64,000 nucleotides of DNA, taken from positions 4,402,001 to 4,466,000 of the forward strand of contig JAYWIR010000005.1 in the NCBI GenBank assembly GCA_036172245.1, in the 5' to 3' direction. The DNA is from Raillietiella orientalis (taxonomy: Eukaryota). Below the pieces are notes generated by a model that saw only the letters and a list, made by a program, of their open reading frames with translations, searched no databases and was not told the DNA's origin. A program made the translations under genes and the position numbers. Shown one piece after another: positions 63,961 to 64,000 of the stretch. Every line of letters starts with the position of its first letter. Position 1 is the stretch's first letter.

Positions 63961-64000
63961 TTCAGCGAATTCGCGTCGGCAGGGATGGTCGACTGGTCGG

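Noticed and set aside
1..64000. CRISPR array, rRNA, intact tRNA, prokaryotic operon or intact transposase/RT/viral gene
   Set aside because: No regularly spaced repeats, complete cloverleaf or intact catalytic motifs seen; the spliced gene indicates a eukaryotic source.

Overview
Eukaryotic (metazoan, probably invertebrate) genomic DNA; no operon, CRISPR array or rRNA gene was seen. One intact gene is clear: a 10-exon minus-strand DBH-like copper type II ascorbate-dependent monooxygenase (MOXD1-like), CDS 48955->31041, 2007 nt, 668 aa. It has a signal peptide, a DOMON domain, all six Cu ligands, a GPI/membrane-like C-terminus, and all introns are GT-AG with consistent phases. Its long 5' introns and upstream region (~33-59.7 kb) are AT-richer and carry possible LINE and Penelope relics. 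Both flanks (~1-29.7 kb and ~59.7-64 kb) are GC/CpG-rich; their long ORFs are mostly compositional artefacts, but many contain decayed ankyrin-repeat motifs, mostly on the + strand, suggesting a field of ankyrin pseudogene relics. At 23.5-26.2 kb a 255-bp inverted copy of the joined flanks lies inside the 2.4-kb segment separating those flanks, and the two window ends share a homologous degenerate repeat. I cannot show a new biological system from sequence alone; the ankyrin-relic field and the nested inverted copy are the best leads. All alignments and motif calls were made by eye.
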